From: a virus
DNA: 64,000 bases
IMG/VR virus record: IMGVR_UViG_3300045988_141580
Direction: 5' to 3' (one strand)
Position numbers and translations under genes: made by a program. The notes under the pieces were generated by a model. It saw nothing but the letters and a program-made list of their open reading frames with translations. It had not been told where the DNA came from and ran no database searches. Positions 1 to 9,791 of this stretch are shown here, piece after piece. Numbering within the stretch: position 1 is the stretch's first letter; each line of letters begins with the position of its first letter.

Positions 1-954
1 AAGTGTCTCCGTGTTGGTTATAATACACGTTTCCTTCCTATTCTTGTTGTCCGGAATGTCAGGCTTCATAAAGTTTGGCCTACGATAGGAATACATTCTC
101 CAGAGAGGAAATGCCATACAGAACTCATAGGAGTTGTGAACAACCGTATTATCCTCCAGAAGAAACTTATGATCACCATCACAGGCAAAACCATAATATG
201 AACCATCACCGTAAAATTCAACCGTTATCGGTGTATATTCCAGTATCGGGTTATCACTCGAAAACACCCTATACCCTCTAAATCTATTCTGCTTCTCCTG
301 AGGGTACTTTAGAAAGTTCCCCATCGGAACTTCAACATAGTGCTTCCTTTTTGTATCCCATAGACATAGAATGTGAAATCTATTCACTGTGTATGACACA
401 CCATTCTCCTGATGCACCGTAAACATCTGCGACCGACCGATATGCCGTGTGAGAACCTTTCTTGGAGTAAAATCCATACCCATCACTTCCATTCCTGGAT
501 ATATGTCCTCCACATTCCTTATAGTCCAATCAGCCATCAAGATATGAGTTCCAGCCAGAAAGCACTTCCCATGAGAACGAGCCGCAAGATAAGCACTATT
601 CGGATACAGCTGAATCATATTACCCCACTCAAGATTTCTCCACCCCTGTCTAAAATTAGGAAGCATTGTAGTCTTGAAGTAATTGTATGACATTATCTTC
701 AAGGAATCATCCATGCTCTCAATGAGCTGATCGACATAGGAAAGACGTTCAGTTTCCAATGTGGTGCTCAACTTCAGGACATTCTCTGTCTGACGAAACA
801 TCTCTGACAACATAACATCCTGATCCCCCCTATACCCCTCCATAAGCTGATTTATGGCCTTTATAGGAAGATTCTGCACTATTCTCGTTGTAGTGTCTAT
901 GATACTATCCAGCTGCCGAAAAGAAAGACTGTTATTCTCATTAAACTCAATCAT
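1..954 (-). CDS. terL: Terminase large subunit, N-terminal 318 codons; ORF runs off the left edge and is interrupted by a mini-intein
   Basis: Absent from the supplied ORF track (no stop inside the window). My translation from ATG 954..952 stays open to base 1. The spliced product reads NSAYLAARSHGK-SYEFCMAFPLWRMY, a Walker-A P-loop (RxxGKS) in a TerL-like context. Confidence 0.7.
   Translation of the reverse strand, partial: MIEFNENNSLSFRQLDSIIDTTTRIVQNLPIKAINQLMEGYRGDQDVMLSEMFRQTENVLKLSTTLETERLSYVDQLIESMDDSLKIMSYNYFKTTMLPNFRQGWRNLEWGNMIQLYPNSAYLAARSHGKCFLAGTHILMADWTIRNVEDIYPGMEVMGMDFTPRKVLTRHIGRSQMFTVHQENGVSYTVNRFHILCLWDTKRKHYVEVPMGNFLKYPQEKQNRFRGYRVFSSDNPILEYTPITVEFYGDGSYYGFACDGDHKFLLEDNTVVHNSYEFCMAFPLWRMYSYRRPNFMKPDIPDNKNRKETCIITNTETL
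133..564 (-). mobile_element. Mini-intein (Hint domain, 144 aa, no homing-endonuclease insert) inside the terminase P-loop
   Basis: Starts CFLAGTHILMADW (block A, Cys1 codon at 564..562). Has a TxxH block B (LTRH). Ends DGDHKFLLEDNTVVHN (Asn codon at 135..133), followed by a +1 Ser. Confidence 0.8.
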
Positions 955-956
955 CA

Positions 957-1616
957 CTACACAAGTTGAAAGGTCTCTCTAAAGGAGGACGGCTTCATTC
1001 TTGGAATCGCAACGCTCGAACCCTCTCCAGAGCCACGCATATAGGAAATGTATTTCAAAAGCAACAGGGCATTCGCCTTTGTATCGGCAAGCGCACGATG
1101 AGCGTCAACCAAGTCAACGCCCTCCATACGACAGCACGTTCCGAGCTTGTAGTTTTCCTGCTCCTTGGCACGATACCAAGCCAGCTTCATGGTGTCCTCC
1201 ACGAACGTGACATAGTTCCAGATGCTATCACCGCAGAATTCAAACATATTAATGAGAAAAGGCATATCAAACGGCTGAAAATTATGTCCTGCAAGTACCG
1301 CTCCTATACGAGGATTCTTATACTTCTTAAACAACATGATCATCTCCTTATAGATGTTCTTCAGGTCATCACCGCTTTTCTGCAACTGTTCAACCGTAAG
1401 ACCATTGACCTCAAGTGCCTTGGAGCCATACTCAAGATTGTCCTTATAGGGTCTAAAGAGTGTACTCCATTCCTCCACCACTTTCATTTCCTGAATATCT
1501 ATAACGACAAAGGCAAATTCACATAGTGCAATGTCATAAAAAGCCTGTTTGTCCTTATTGGGAAGCCCTCCAGTCTCACTGTCACCAACAATTATGTACC
1601 TAATCGTGGAATTCAT
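957..1616 (-). CDS. DEDDh (DnaQ-like) 3'-5' exonuclease
   Basis: Motifs IIVGDSETGG, AGHNFQPFDMPFL and DAHRALADT (H-x4-D). Confidence 0.8.
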   Translation of the reverse strand: MNSTIRYIIVGDSETGGLPNKDKQAFYDIALCEFAFVVIDIQEMKVVEEWSTLFRPYKDNLEYGSKALEVNGLTVEQLQKSGDDLKNIYKEMIMLFKKYKNPRIGAVLAGHNFQPFDMPFLINMFEFCGDSIWNYVTFVEDTMKLAWYRAKEQENYKLGTCCRMEGVDLVDAHRALADTKANALLLLKYISYMRGSGEGSSVAIPRMKPSSFRETFQLV

Positions 1617-1630
1617 AACAAAATCATTTT

Positions 1631-2032
1631 TTAGTTTTTCATTAATAATAACGTGTCAAAGTCCTCATCACGCACGTCAACATCGTCATAAACAAGCTCC
1701 AGTTCTATAACAGGATTGTTCTCCGCCTTTAGTCCTGCACCAAAGTCATTTATGACAATGGTAGGCTCACCCTCAACAGTCTCACTCTTGCGAAACATAA
1801 TGATAAAGCCCTTGGAAAGAATCTGACCTGTCCTGTCCCTGAAGTGCATCATCCTTCTACTCATAGTGGACAGCACTGACAGCAACTCACCAAGCAGACG
1901 AAGAATCATCTCCGTGGACACCACCTGCTGCTGAAGAATAATCTTATCAACCTCCGCTGACACGGAACTTACACCCATCACGTCAGCCAATAATTTCAAC
2001 TTAATGAGAATCTCTTTCATAATTAAATCCAA
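1631..2032 (-). CDS. Hypothetical protein
   Basis: 133-aa ORF in the minus-strand operon; no motif recognised. Confidence 0.6.
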   Translation of the reverse strand: MDLIMKEILIKLKLLADVMGVSSVSAEVDKIILQQQVVSTEMILRLLGELLSVLSTMSRRMMHFRDRTGQILSKGFIIMFRKSETVEGEPTIVINDFGAGLKAENNPVIELELVYDDVDVRDEDFDTLLLMKN

Positions 2033-2396
2033 ATTCGTGCCGTGAATGACACTCCAGACATAACAATTCTATATTATCCTTGCAAAGTCGCAAGTCAGGT
2101 CTCGCCCCCTTGGAATGAATATGACTAAAATAACCTGCTCTCATAGGAGATGAGAGCGGTCTACCGCAATGTGAGCAGACGTGTGGCCGCTCCGCCCATA
2201 TCTCCTTGAAAATCTCCGCTTCTCCAGTACGCTTCTTTCGTGCTCTTTCCGGAAACTTCCCTGCCGTAAACTTGTATTCAAACCGTGACAGACCATTATG
2301 CAGACGTCTGTAATTACACGAATCACACAGGCAATACGTTCTATTGACTATCACTGTCTCACGTCCACACTCACGACATACCCCTTTCACACCCAT
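2001..2396 (-). CDS. HNH endonuclease-like zinc-finger protein
   Basis: CRECG and CDSCN Cys pairs, then FSHIHSKGARPDLRLCKDNIELLCLECHSRHE (H-N-H). Start trimmed to ATG 2396, which abuts the upstream stop at 2398. Confidence 0.7.
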   Translation of the reverse strand: MGVKGVCRECGRETVIVNRTYCLCDSCNYRRLHNGLSRFEYKFTAGKFPERARKKRTGEAEIFKEIWAERPHVCSHCGRPLSSPMRAGYFSHIHSKGARPDLRLCKDNIELLCLECHSRHEFGFNYERDSH

Positions 2397-2397
2397 A

Positions 2398-2925
2398 TCA
2401 CTTCCCTCCATAAAGAATGTCACAGTCCAGCACAAACGGACACGACATACATATTCGGCTGGAATCATCATAGGGGTTCTCATACTTTAAGCCGCAATAA
2501 TTCGGCCCAGATATACGAGACATTCTCAGCCTTTCCGCTTCCAACACACTCTGTGCAACATTTTTATAATTTACATTTCTCAATGGATTTTCTATATGAT
2601 GTTCACTTGCCCATTCAAAAGCGTGATATCTTGCACCACTATCATAAGATTTCCATCGTTCCCACGCTTCCTTACCCATAAACCAAACAGGAAGAGGTCG
2701 CAACTTTTGATCCTGAAAATTATAGATGTAGAACTGGAAAACCAGAAAATCCCAAATAAACTGTACCCCTGCTGTATCAGGAAGACTTTCTATAAAAGAA
2801 ATAACCGTCTTTCGATGAGACGGTTTTTCCCACTTTATGGAACGTGGCATCTTCTTCACACTTCGTTGAAGATAGTCATATAGTGTCAGAACAATGTTCT
2901 GATAGGTATCTGTGTCATACAGCAT
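2398..2925 (-). CDS. Hypothetical protein
   Basis: 175-aa ORF, tightly packed in the operon. Confidence 0.7.
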   Translation of the reverse strand: MLYDTDTYQNIVLTLYDYLQRSVKKMPRSIKWEKPSHRKTVISFIESLPDTAGVQFIWDFLVFQFYIYNFQDQKLRPLPVWFMGKEAWERWKSYDSGARYHAFEWASEHHIENPLRNVNYKNVAQSVLEAERLRMSRISGPNYCGLKYENPYDDSSRICMSCPFVLDCDILYGGK

Positions 2926-2956
2926 AACAAAATCATTTCTAACTTAATCAGACTGA

Positions 2957-3532
2957 CTAACCTTTCCAGTCAACCACTATATCAACGGCTTCCTCGATCA
3001 GTCGTTCCACCGCCACATAACGTCTTCCAGTAGGATCCGTCGGGTCAGGCTTGCAGACATTGTCATACTGCTCCTTTGCCTTGGCCTTATCAATCTCCCG
3101 ACATATCCAGATGCCGACTTCCTGACCTGAATTAAGGGTCTCAGCAAGATCAAGCGTCACACCGTCCGTCATATCCACAAACTGTGCAGCAAACGGTCTG
3201 CTCTGAGCCGACTGCACATTGCTCATCTTCTTCGTGCCGTACTTGTCAGCCGTGACAAGATACTCCACGGCCATCTTGTACCGACAGATTGAATCAGTTG
3301 AATTCTTCACCGAAACTTTCACCTTGCGAACCTGATTAGGAAGCTCATTCTTGAGGATGATTGCCCTATACTCGGGACGTGCATTACGCACTGTCATAAT
3401 GGACACATCATCAAAGAGATTGGAAAAATCATCATTGATGACAAGCGTTGATGACTTGAATCCTCCAAGTGACCTACTCGGATTTGTCTGAATGGCATTA
3501 TAGCCTGTTGTCGTAGTATAATAAAGCTGCAT
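2957..3532 (-). CDS. Hypothetical virion-module protein
   Basis: 191-aa ORF downstream of the fibre genes. Confidence 0.65.
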   Translation of the reverse strand: MQLYYTTTTGYNAIQTNPSRSLGGFKSSTLVINDDFSNLFDDVSIMTVRNARPEYRAIILKNELPNQVRKVKVSVKNSTDSICRYKMAVEYLVTADKYGTKKMSNVQSAQSRPFAAQFVDMTDGVTLDLAETLNSGQEVGIWICREIDKAKAKEQYDNVCKPDPTDPTGRRYVAVERLIEEAVDIVVDWKG

Positions 3533-3544
3533 AGTCCACCTCCT

Positions 3545-4435
3545 TTACTGTTCAACCACCTGCAAGATACCATCAGTAACCTCAAAGTCCTCATATAGGC
3601 CAGTTTCGGTAAGAACCTGATAATTTTCATATCCTGATGGAGTAGGTATATCACCACCACCGCCTGTTCCGAGACTCCAGAACTCTGAACGTTCATCGCC
3701 CCAGACAATATTACCACCATTATTCTTTATTCTGGCGATATAATATTCATCGTTATCCTTCTGTGGAGCCTGTCCAGTGGAAACCTCCTCAACAAGACTG
3801 ACTTCCACGTCAGTAAAGGTATAGAGCCCCTCAAGTTGCTCGTCAGTGAATCTCCTGCCCATAGGAATGGAGCCAAGCACCACAACCTTAAGATTAGATT
3901 CCTTCACAAACACCTGACCACCGGACAAAATGATATTGTTATCATCCACAATGTCCACCACCTGATAAACCTGACTGTTCCTTGGTGTGGAGCCATCACT
4001 CTTCACGAATCTAATACAGGTAGGCACACCTGAAGACTGACTGCGAACAACACCACTGAAGGACACACTTCCAGAAACATTCCCTGACACGTCCACCTGA
4101 ACCGTTCCATCCTCATAGTTGCGTTCCCTTGGACTAATCTTCAGCCAATAAAACTGATTGTCCGCTGGAATGGCAAACTCGGTCGTATAAGGCAGTCTAA
4201 AGGCCTTATTAGCCGATGTAATGATGTATCCTCCTGCAATGTCCACCGCATTGCCCTTTGACGAAACAGAGACGGAAAATGGTGTTCCAGCCTTTGCCCC
4301 AGGAGAAACAATACCGTATGTCAGGGAAGAGGAAAGAACCGCTGATATATCATCTCTGTCCTCCAGAAATGACAGCATTCTCACAAGTTCCTCCTTTTCA
4401 AGAAATGTTCCTCTGTGAATATTAATTCTGCTCAT
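3545..4435 (-). CDS. Putative tail fibre / baseplate-distal protein
   Basis: 296-aa ORF immediately after the 845-aa fibre; beta-rich, Gly/Ser-rich composition. Confidence 0.5.
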   Translation of the reverse strand: MSRINIHRGTFLEKEELVRMLSFLEDRDDISAVLSSSLTYGIVSPGAKAGTPFSVSVSSKGNAVDIAGGYIITSANKAFRLPYTTEFAIPADNQFYWLKISPRERNYEDGTVQVDVSGNVSGSVSFSGVVRSQSSGVPTCIRFVKSDGSTPRNSQVYQVVDIVDDNNIILSGGQVFVKESNLKVVVLGSIPMGRRFTDEQLEGLYTFTDVEVSLVEEVSTGQAPQKDNDEYYIARIKNNGGNIVWGDERSEFWSLGTGGGGDIPTPSGYENYQVLTETGLYEDFEVTDGILQVVEQ

Positions 4436-4447
4436 ATCACAATCTAT

Positions 4448-6985
4448 TTACTTTTTTACAAACAATTCATCTGCCACACTTGCTCCAGTCTCACAGGCAA
4501 AAGCCTCATAGTCATCTGAACCCTCAGACTTCACAGTAAATTTATCATAGATGGCATCAACCACCTCAATTCTTATCTCAGTTGTTCCTGCTCCACCCGA
4601 CTTCGGACTAACACCCACCCAATTAGCATCAATGGCATCCAAAGCCCACTTCTTGGATGATACAGCCTGAACAGTAGCAGTTCCACCGTCATAAGGAATC
4701 TCAACCCTATGAGGAATAAATACAAACTCACCGCTTCGCTCAAATATGGCAAGCACATCAATCGGATCCACAAATCCCGTGACAGGGTAACTTACAGGAT
4801 TGGCGGTAAATTCCTCATAGTTTACTTCCCAGGACTTAAATGTAAACCCACTTGCGGCCACAGCCGTCAATGTCATTGTGGATCCAGGAGTGAGTGAACC
4901 ACCAACCTCAACTGTACCCCAACCGTTCTGATAAATGGAAACATTCACATCAACAGGCAGATTCAAAACCACTTCAACGAGCTTGTCATCAGTCATCTGC
5001 ACCGTGCCAACCTCACGAATTCCCTTCATCACAACATCCCAGTTCACGGTAACACCTGTCTCAATTTCAAATCGTATGTAGCCCTCTTCATCCGTTGCAC
5101 CTGACAGACCATTACTCAATGTCACAATAGCACCCTGAAGAGGAACTCCATTGATAGCCTTTGTCACAGCAAATGTTAGGTAATAAGATGAACGACGAAT
5201 ATAATCAAGCCACGCACCCCAGAAGACCTCCTTATAGGAAAGAAGATAATTCCTAATAAATAACTCTACATCCTTCTTGATTCTGGCGGAATTAATCTGC
5301 GAATAAATGGCTACAACATCCTTTGAACCCAAAAAACCCTGCCCCACTGGAGATATGGTCGTGACCATATCATTTCCAGCACCGTTCTTCCATGAATGTT
5401 CCTGCACTGGATACCCACCCATCAGCATAGGAACTGAATCACCAATAGATACATTGTATGTCTGATGTCTTGGAAAAAGATACAACGGCTTCACCGTCAC
5501 ACCACCAATCTGCATCGTGACACTGGACTGACCATCTTGAATAATGTATGGAGCCAGATATGCCGTACCATTGGCAAACTTCAAAGGCCTCCCACCATTA
5601 AAATTCAATGTTAAATTTAAATCCCTGTCAGCAAGCACGTTATAAATAACACCTCGTAACCTATACCACACGTTAGAAACAAGGCAAGGGCTATGATCAG
5701 CATCCCTATCAAAAAAGCTATCCGAAATTCGAAGATCAGTAAGGCCGACCTGTTTCAAAACTCCACCATTGGCATCAAAACAGTTAACACCAAAGTCAAT
5801 GTTCTGCGCACCACTTGATAAAGCCTTAACCCACACAGTCACCTCATAGTCCATTCCGGAATAAACCTCAACAGCCTTGGACTTGTTAGTGGAATATAGA
5901 CCACATCGCCCGGAACCTGTCTGAAAAACATACCCATCAGTCGTGTTGATTCTGGAAATACTGCCAACAACAGGATAGTTCTGCATAGAACCAACACCTT
6001 TCATCTCACTGCCACGAAGCCAATCCAAACCATAGTCCCACCCTTTTGAAACGGCATTCACTGATTCCGTGCCGTACCACATAGGAGAGGAATAACCGAC
6101 ACACCACCCAACATTACAAGGTTCCAGAACGGCAAATAGAAACTCACTTGGCCTACCATATCCAAGCAATCTGCGAAGCTCTCTGTTGGGCACACCCTCG
6201 TCAGCAATCTGCGAAGTGCCTCTCTCGCTAAACACCCCTATCCAATCATTGAAAATATTGGTTCGTTCCTCCTGAGTGAATATTGTCTCATATACAATAC
6301 ACCACTGCTCCAGAAACGTCTTCATCAAAACCTCACTGTCCTCTATTCTGCGATACTTTCGTCCATAGACCACTATTATCGCAAATAAATGAGTAATGGC
6401 CAAAAAGAAAGAATTAAAGTCATCAGCATTAATTCTGGAAATATAAATGGGAACAACTCCATGTATATACATCTTTTCAAGGACGTTCCAAGCCCACCCA
6501 ACAACATCCAGATCATTTACATCAAAGAAGCTTTTAAAGCCTGTTCTGTCATACACCACTGAATCAACAGGCTGCATTCCGTCTTCAACAGGCTCGGTAG
6601 ATTCACTTTCAGCACCAATGGTTATCTCCCACTCATCACTGGAAGATATGCCATTCTGCACTGGAGCACCACTGGACGGCATATTCAAAATGTCCTTATC
6701 AAAAAGGATCCTCCCTGAAGGAACTGAACCCTTAACCTTGGTTACATAGTCAAGCACCACCTCAAACGTATCCTTCATATCAAGACACGCCTTTAGAGAT
6801 TCATCATTGACAGTGAACCATTCAGTGTATGTCAGCCCACCGTCAAGCGAATATCTAAATAGGCTTCCGGAGTTAGCTCTCGCCATACGCATAACACAGA
6901 CAAGTCCAGCCAATGGGATTGACTGTGTCTTTACCGTGAATCCTGTCCCGACCTGCGGAAACTCCGCCAATACAAATGAAGCCAT
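4448..6985 (-). CDS. Tail fibre / receptor-binding protein with carbohydrate-binding-type modules
   Basis: 845 aa. CarboxypepD_reg-like segment (GVPLQGAIVTLSNGLSGATDEEGYIRF). InlB-B-repeat-like segment (GSTMTLTAVAASGFTFKSWEV). Complete BACON-like domain (IPYDGGTATVQAVSSKKWALDAIDANWVGVSPKSGGAGTTEIRIEV). Confidence 0.65.
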   Translation of the reverse strand: MASFVLAEFPQVGTGFTVKTQSIPLAGLVCVMRMARANSGSLFRYSLDGGLTYTEWFTVNDESLKACLDMKDTFEVVLDYVTKVKGSVPSGRILFDKDILNMPSSGAPVQNGISSSDEWEITIGAESESTEPVEDGMQPVDSVVYDRTGFKSFFDVNDLDVVGWAWNVLEKMYIHGVVPIYISRINADDFNSFFLAITHLFAIIVVYGRKYRRIEDSEVLMKTFLEQWCIVYETIFTQEERTNIFNDWIGVFSERGTSQIADEGVPNRELRRLLGYGRPSEFLFAVLEPCNVGWCVGYSSPMWYGTESVNAVSKGWDYGLDWLRGSEMKGVGSMQNYPVVGSISRINTTDGYVFQTGSGRCGLYSTNKSKAVEVYSGMDYEVTVWVKALSSGAQNIDFGVNCFDANGGVLKQVGLTDLRISDSFFDRDADHSPCLVSNVWYRLRGVIYNVLADRDLNLTLNFNGGRPLKFANGTAYLAPYIIQDGQSSVTMQIGGVTVKPLYLFPRHQTYNVSIGDSVPMLMGGYPVQEHSWKNGAGNDMVTTISPVGQGFLGSKDVVAIYSQINSARIKKDVELFIRNYLLSYKEVFWGAWLDYIRRSSYYLTFAVTKAINGVPLQGAIVTLSNGLSGATDEEGYIRFEIETGVTVNWDVVMKGIREVGTVQMTDDKLVEVVLNLPVDVNVSIYQNGWGTVEVGGSLTPGSTMTLTAVAASGFTFKSWEVNYEEFTANPVSYPVTGFVDPIDVLAIFERSGEFVFIPHRVEIPYDGGTATVQAVSSKKWALDAIDANWVGVSPKSGGAGTTEIRIEVVDAIYDKFTVKSEGSDDYEAFACETGASVADELFVKK

Positions 6986-7630
6986 CTATTCTCTATACCT
7001 TTTTTGTTTATCCTTTGACACAGAAACCCACCTCGCATAGCTTATCGTAGAATTAGGATTGTGATTCACAACCTTTATCTCATACCCTTTAACACCAAAA
7101 TGTAGACCTAAAAACCGACATTTAGGGACACAATACAAGTAATGTGTCAAACTATCCCGAGTATGTAGATTAAATTCCGTAATAGGCGGATTTTTTGCCA
7201 AATCTATCGTCTGTTGCACTGACCACCATCTTGTATCACGATTCCAGTGTAGAATGGAATCAGGTCGCATCAAAATCACTGTATCTTTATACATAATCTT
7301 CGTCTCAACGACCGTCTTCACCACCTCACGCACCTCACTTGCACGAATCTTTAGTTCTTTTATGGTTGCAGCATCATCTGCCTGACGCTTCTTAAACTCA
7401 TCAACCGTATATTGCAACTCCTGAATGGTGATCACTGCTTCACCTCGCTTTGTCTCGGACAACCGATATTTCATGGTAAGTGCCTCCGTATTACCCTTTT
7501 CACGAAGCCACCGCAACCGTATGTTTCTGGAATAAGTCATAGAAGCAAGCAAAGCCACAACAAGCAACCCCATTATGACCCACTTCCAATTTCTACAGAC
7601 AAATCTCCAGACAACTTTCCACATAATCAC
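6986..7630 (-). CDS. N-terminally membrane-anchored coiled-coil protein
   Basis: Hydrophobic segment WKWVIMGLLVVALLASM followed by a charged helical region. Confidence 0.6.
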   Translation of the reverse strand: MIMWKVVWRFVCRNWKWVIMGLLVVALLASMTYSRNIRLRWLREKGNTEALTMKYRLSETKRGEAVITIQELQYTVDEFKKRQADDAATIKELKIRASEVREVVKTVVETKIMYKDTVILMRPDSILHWNRDTRWWSVQQTIDLAKNPPITEFNLHTRDSLTHYLYCVPKCRFLGLHFGVKGYEIKVVNHNPNSTISYARWVSVSKDKQKRYRE

Positions 7631-8133
7631 TTTACATTTTTAATAGTTATCCACACTTGCACCCCACTCTTCTCAGCGTCTTCCACAATGTTACAAACCT
7701 TATCACGAGCCTTAAATGTGTTCACAAGATGCTTCCCATCCTGAGCCAAAGTTCCTACAAGAATGCACCCCTTTGAATGTTCCTCGTTAGAACCTGCGTG
7801 AATAAGAATACCCAAAAAATGAGGAACATTCTGAACACATGGAAACTTCCGCTTAAACCGATTGGAATAAAGATATCTCACCCTATATCGTCCTGCTGGA
7901 ATACAAGTCTGGCCATAAACCTTTTCAGGACAGGCACAAGGCTTAAATTTAGGGGTGTATGGACACTTCTCAGGGAGTTCACGCAACGTGTCCTCAAGCG
8001 TGTCCGCCAGTTTTACGCCATCGACAAATAGTTCCCCAATAGTTCTCTTGTCATCAAACTTCGTTCTCAAGAGAATCAACTCCAGTGTCTTCATCATTAG
8101 TAAGCTCTCCTTCTTTATAAAGTTTCCAGTCAA
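7627..8133 (-). CDS. DUF5675-like protein
   Basis: TIGELFVDG...CIPAGRYRV...ILIHAGSNEEHSKGCILVG matches my memory of the Bacteroidota DUF5675 pattern. The true start is probably the internal MMKTLE. Confidence 0.5.
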   Translation of the reverse strand: MTGNFIKKESLLMMKTLELILLRTKFDDKRTIGELFVDGVKLADTLEDTLRELPEKCPYTPKFKPCACPEKVYGQTCIPAGRYRVRYLYSNRFKRKFPCVQNVPHFLGILIHAGSNEEHSKGCILVGTLAQDGKHLVNTFKARDKVCNIVEDAEKSGVQVWITIKNVK

Positions 8134-8266
8134 CGTCAGAGATCACCTCCTGATCCCCTTCCAGTGTATTATCATCAATCCACACAACACTCTTCCTGAA
8201 GAAAAACCGAAGAATAATCTTTAGGGCTTTCTTGCCGATAATGTGTATGTTTCCAATGATGTTCAT
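8054..8266 (-). CDS. Small acidic-tailed hypothetical protein
   Basis: 70-aa ORF overlapping the 5' end of the next gene; weak support. Confidence 0.35.
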   Translation of the reverse strand: MNIIGNIHIIGKKALKIILRFFFRKSVVWIDDNTLEGDQEVISDVDWKLYKEGELTNDEDTGVDSLENEV

Positions 8267-8586
8267 TACAGACGACCTCCCTGTATAATCCCGGCTGGAG
8301 CCGCCTTAACCTCACACACAAGTTCAATGTTCCATCCTGGATAGAACACAGTCTCGATGAATTCCGTCATACCATAAAGGCGCACACTCAAGGTAACATT
8401 GTCCTCAGATATATTCTTAACGGCAAATGGCTCTGTTGACATAAAGTCACCAGAAATATTCCAGAGTTCACCTATCTGCACAGTAAGATCGCGCAAACCG
8501 TCCTCAGACTTCAATTTAGTGCCTGTCGTCTGGGCATAATTGCCTAAATTATAATTCTGTCCCATAACAAAATATTTTATATACAA
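8266..8586 (-). CDS. Hypothetical baseplate-module protein
   Basis: 106-aa ORF directly after the baseplate J-like gene. Confidence 0.6.
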   Translation of the reverse strand: MYIKYFVMGQNYNLGNYAQTTGTKLKSEDGLRDLTVQIGELWNISGDFMSTEPFAVKNISEDNVTLSVRLYGMTEFIETVFYPGWNIELVCEVKAAPAGIIQGGRL

Positions 8587-8588
8587 AA

Positions 8589-9791
8589 TTAGTTATTCGC
8601 TGCATAATACGACGGGAACAGCTCGTTATATCGTTGTTCAATCACCATAGAAGTGGATGAATCCACCATCACAGTACCGTCCAGATTCCTCATTATAAAC
8701 CTCTTCACACGAGGAAGCATAAACTCAGACACATACTCGTCCTCATTTGGATAGAACCACTCTGAAGCCACATACTTCACACCCTCTGTGGCCTTAACTA
8801 TCTCCAGTATATTGTCCCACTCCACCTTTGACCCTGCCGTCCAGTACCTCCAGTCAAGATATTTGGTGATACCAATTTGAATTTTTCTGCGCACGTCAGC
8901 AACCTCATAACCTGCCTCCAGCTCACACCTGAAATCAAGCCCTGCTTCCCCTCCAACCTCATACCATTGAACATTGTCAAGTTTAATACCCATCAGCCGA
9001 CCGCTGACAATCAAGTCGCTCAAGCCAAAATATGGACGTGCCTGTTCCAACAAGGTGTATCGCTCATTCTCCGACAAATCCTGACCGTTCTGAGTAGCAA
9101 CCTCAATATGAAGAAAACCGTCCTCCATAACCCCAACCCACAGAATCCTAAGAATCCTATCATCGAAGTTCTGGAACACCTGTGTAATTTTTTCCAAAGT
9201 AGCCGTCGCAAACAGATTCTGATGATTAAGAATCCTACGCCTAAAGGTGTCATCGTCCTCCTCATCACGACCGCCCTGCGCATAATATTCATTCGTACAG
9301 GCTATATGTCCTGTGGGAACAGGCGCAACACGAAGAATGCTGTTTGCCGCCACATTGGTATAAACACCCTCACCAACACTTCTAACCTTTATGTAGGCAT
9401 AACCGTAATCACCGACAACAACTGTCTCTTCAGGTTGGAAACGAACCCCGTTGGTATTCGTAAATATCTGAACATCCTTGTCATACACTGTTCCAGGATT
9501 AGCAAACACACAGACATAGGTGGAAGAACCGTGTGTGGATTTCCTCGGAGTAACACCGAACAACAAGGCCGAACGATCCAGCCACTCACCTGATGCTGTC
9601 TCTGGAAATATCTGCGTCTCCACAATAGCTACATCCTTAATCGCCTTTTGAGCAATCTTAGCTGCACCATAGGCAACACCATTCAAGACGGAATTATCCG
9701 TAATGTCAGACACCTTATCCGTCTTGTTCAAAAGCACCTCCAAAAACAGGTTCTTCAGATTATTAATTGTATTATCTGTCTTCGTTATCAT
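8589..9791 (-). CDS. Baseplate J-like protein
   Basis: 400 aa. N-terminal AAKIAQKAIKDVAIVETQIFPETASGEWLDRSALLFGVTPRK resembles the Baseplate_J signature; position in the baseplate block fits. Confidence 0.65.
   Translation of the reverse strand: MITKTDNTINNLKNLFLEVLLNKTDKVSDITDNSVLNGVAYGAAKIAQKAIKDVAIVETQIFPETASGEWLDRSALLFGVTPRKSTHGSSTYVCVFANPGTVYDKDVQIFTNTNGVRFQPEETVVVGDYGYAYIKVRSVGEGVYTNVAANSILRVAPVPTGHIACTNEYYAQGGRDEEDDDTFRRRILNHQNLFATATLEKITQVFQNFDDRILRILWVGVMEDGFLHIEVATQNGQDLSENERYTLLEQARPYFGLSDLIVSGRLMGIKLDNVQWYEVGGEAGLDFRCELEAGYEVADVRRKIQIGITKYLDWRYWTAGSKVEWDNILEIVKATEGVKYVASEWFYPNEDEYVSEFMLPRVKRFIMRNLDGTVMVDSSTSMVIEQRYNELFPSYYAANN

Noticed and set aside
75-690. Plus-strand track ORFs 75..281 and 412..690 (His/Pro-rich peptides).
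   Set aside because: They lie antisense to a continuous 318-codon minus-strand frame with clear terminase and intein motifs, and their composition is not protein-like.
7647-7655. Perfect DnaA box TTATCCACA.
   Set aside because: It is a single isolated copy inside a coding sequence and is expected by chance. It is not clustered like the 59490..59523 boxes.
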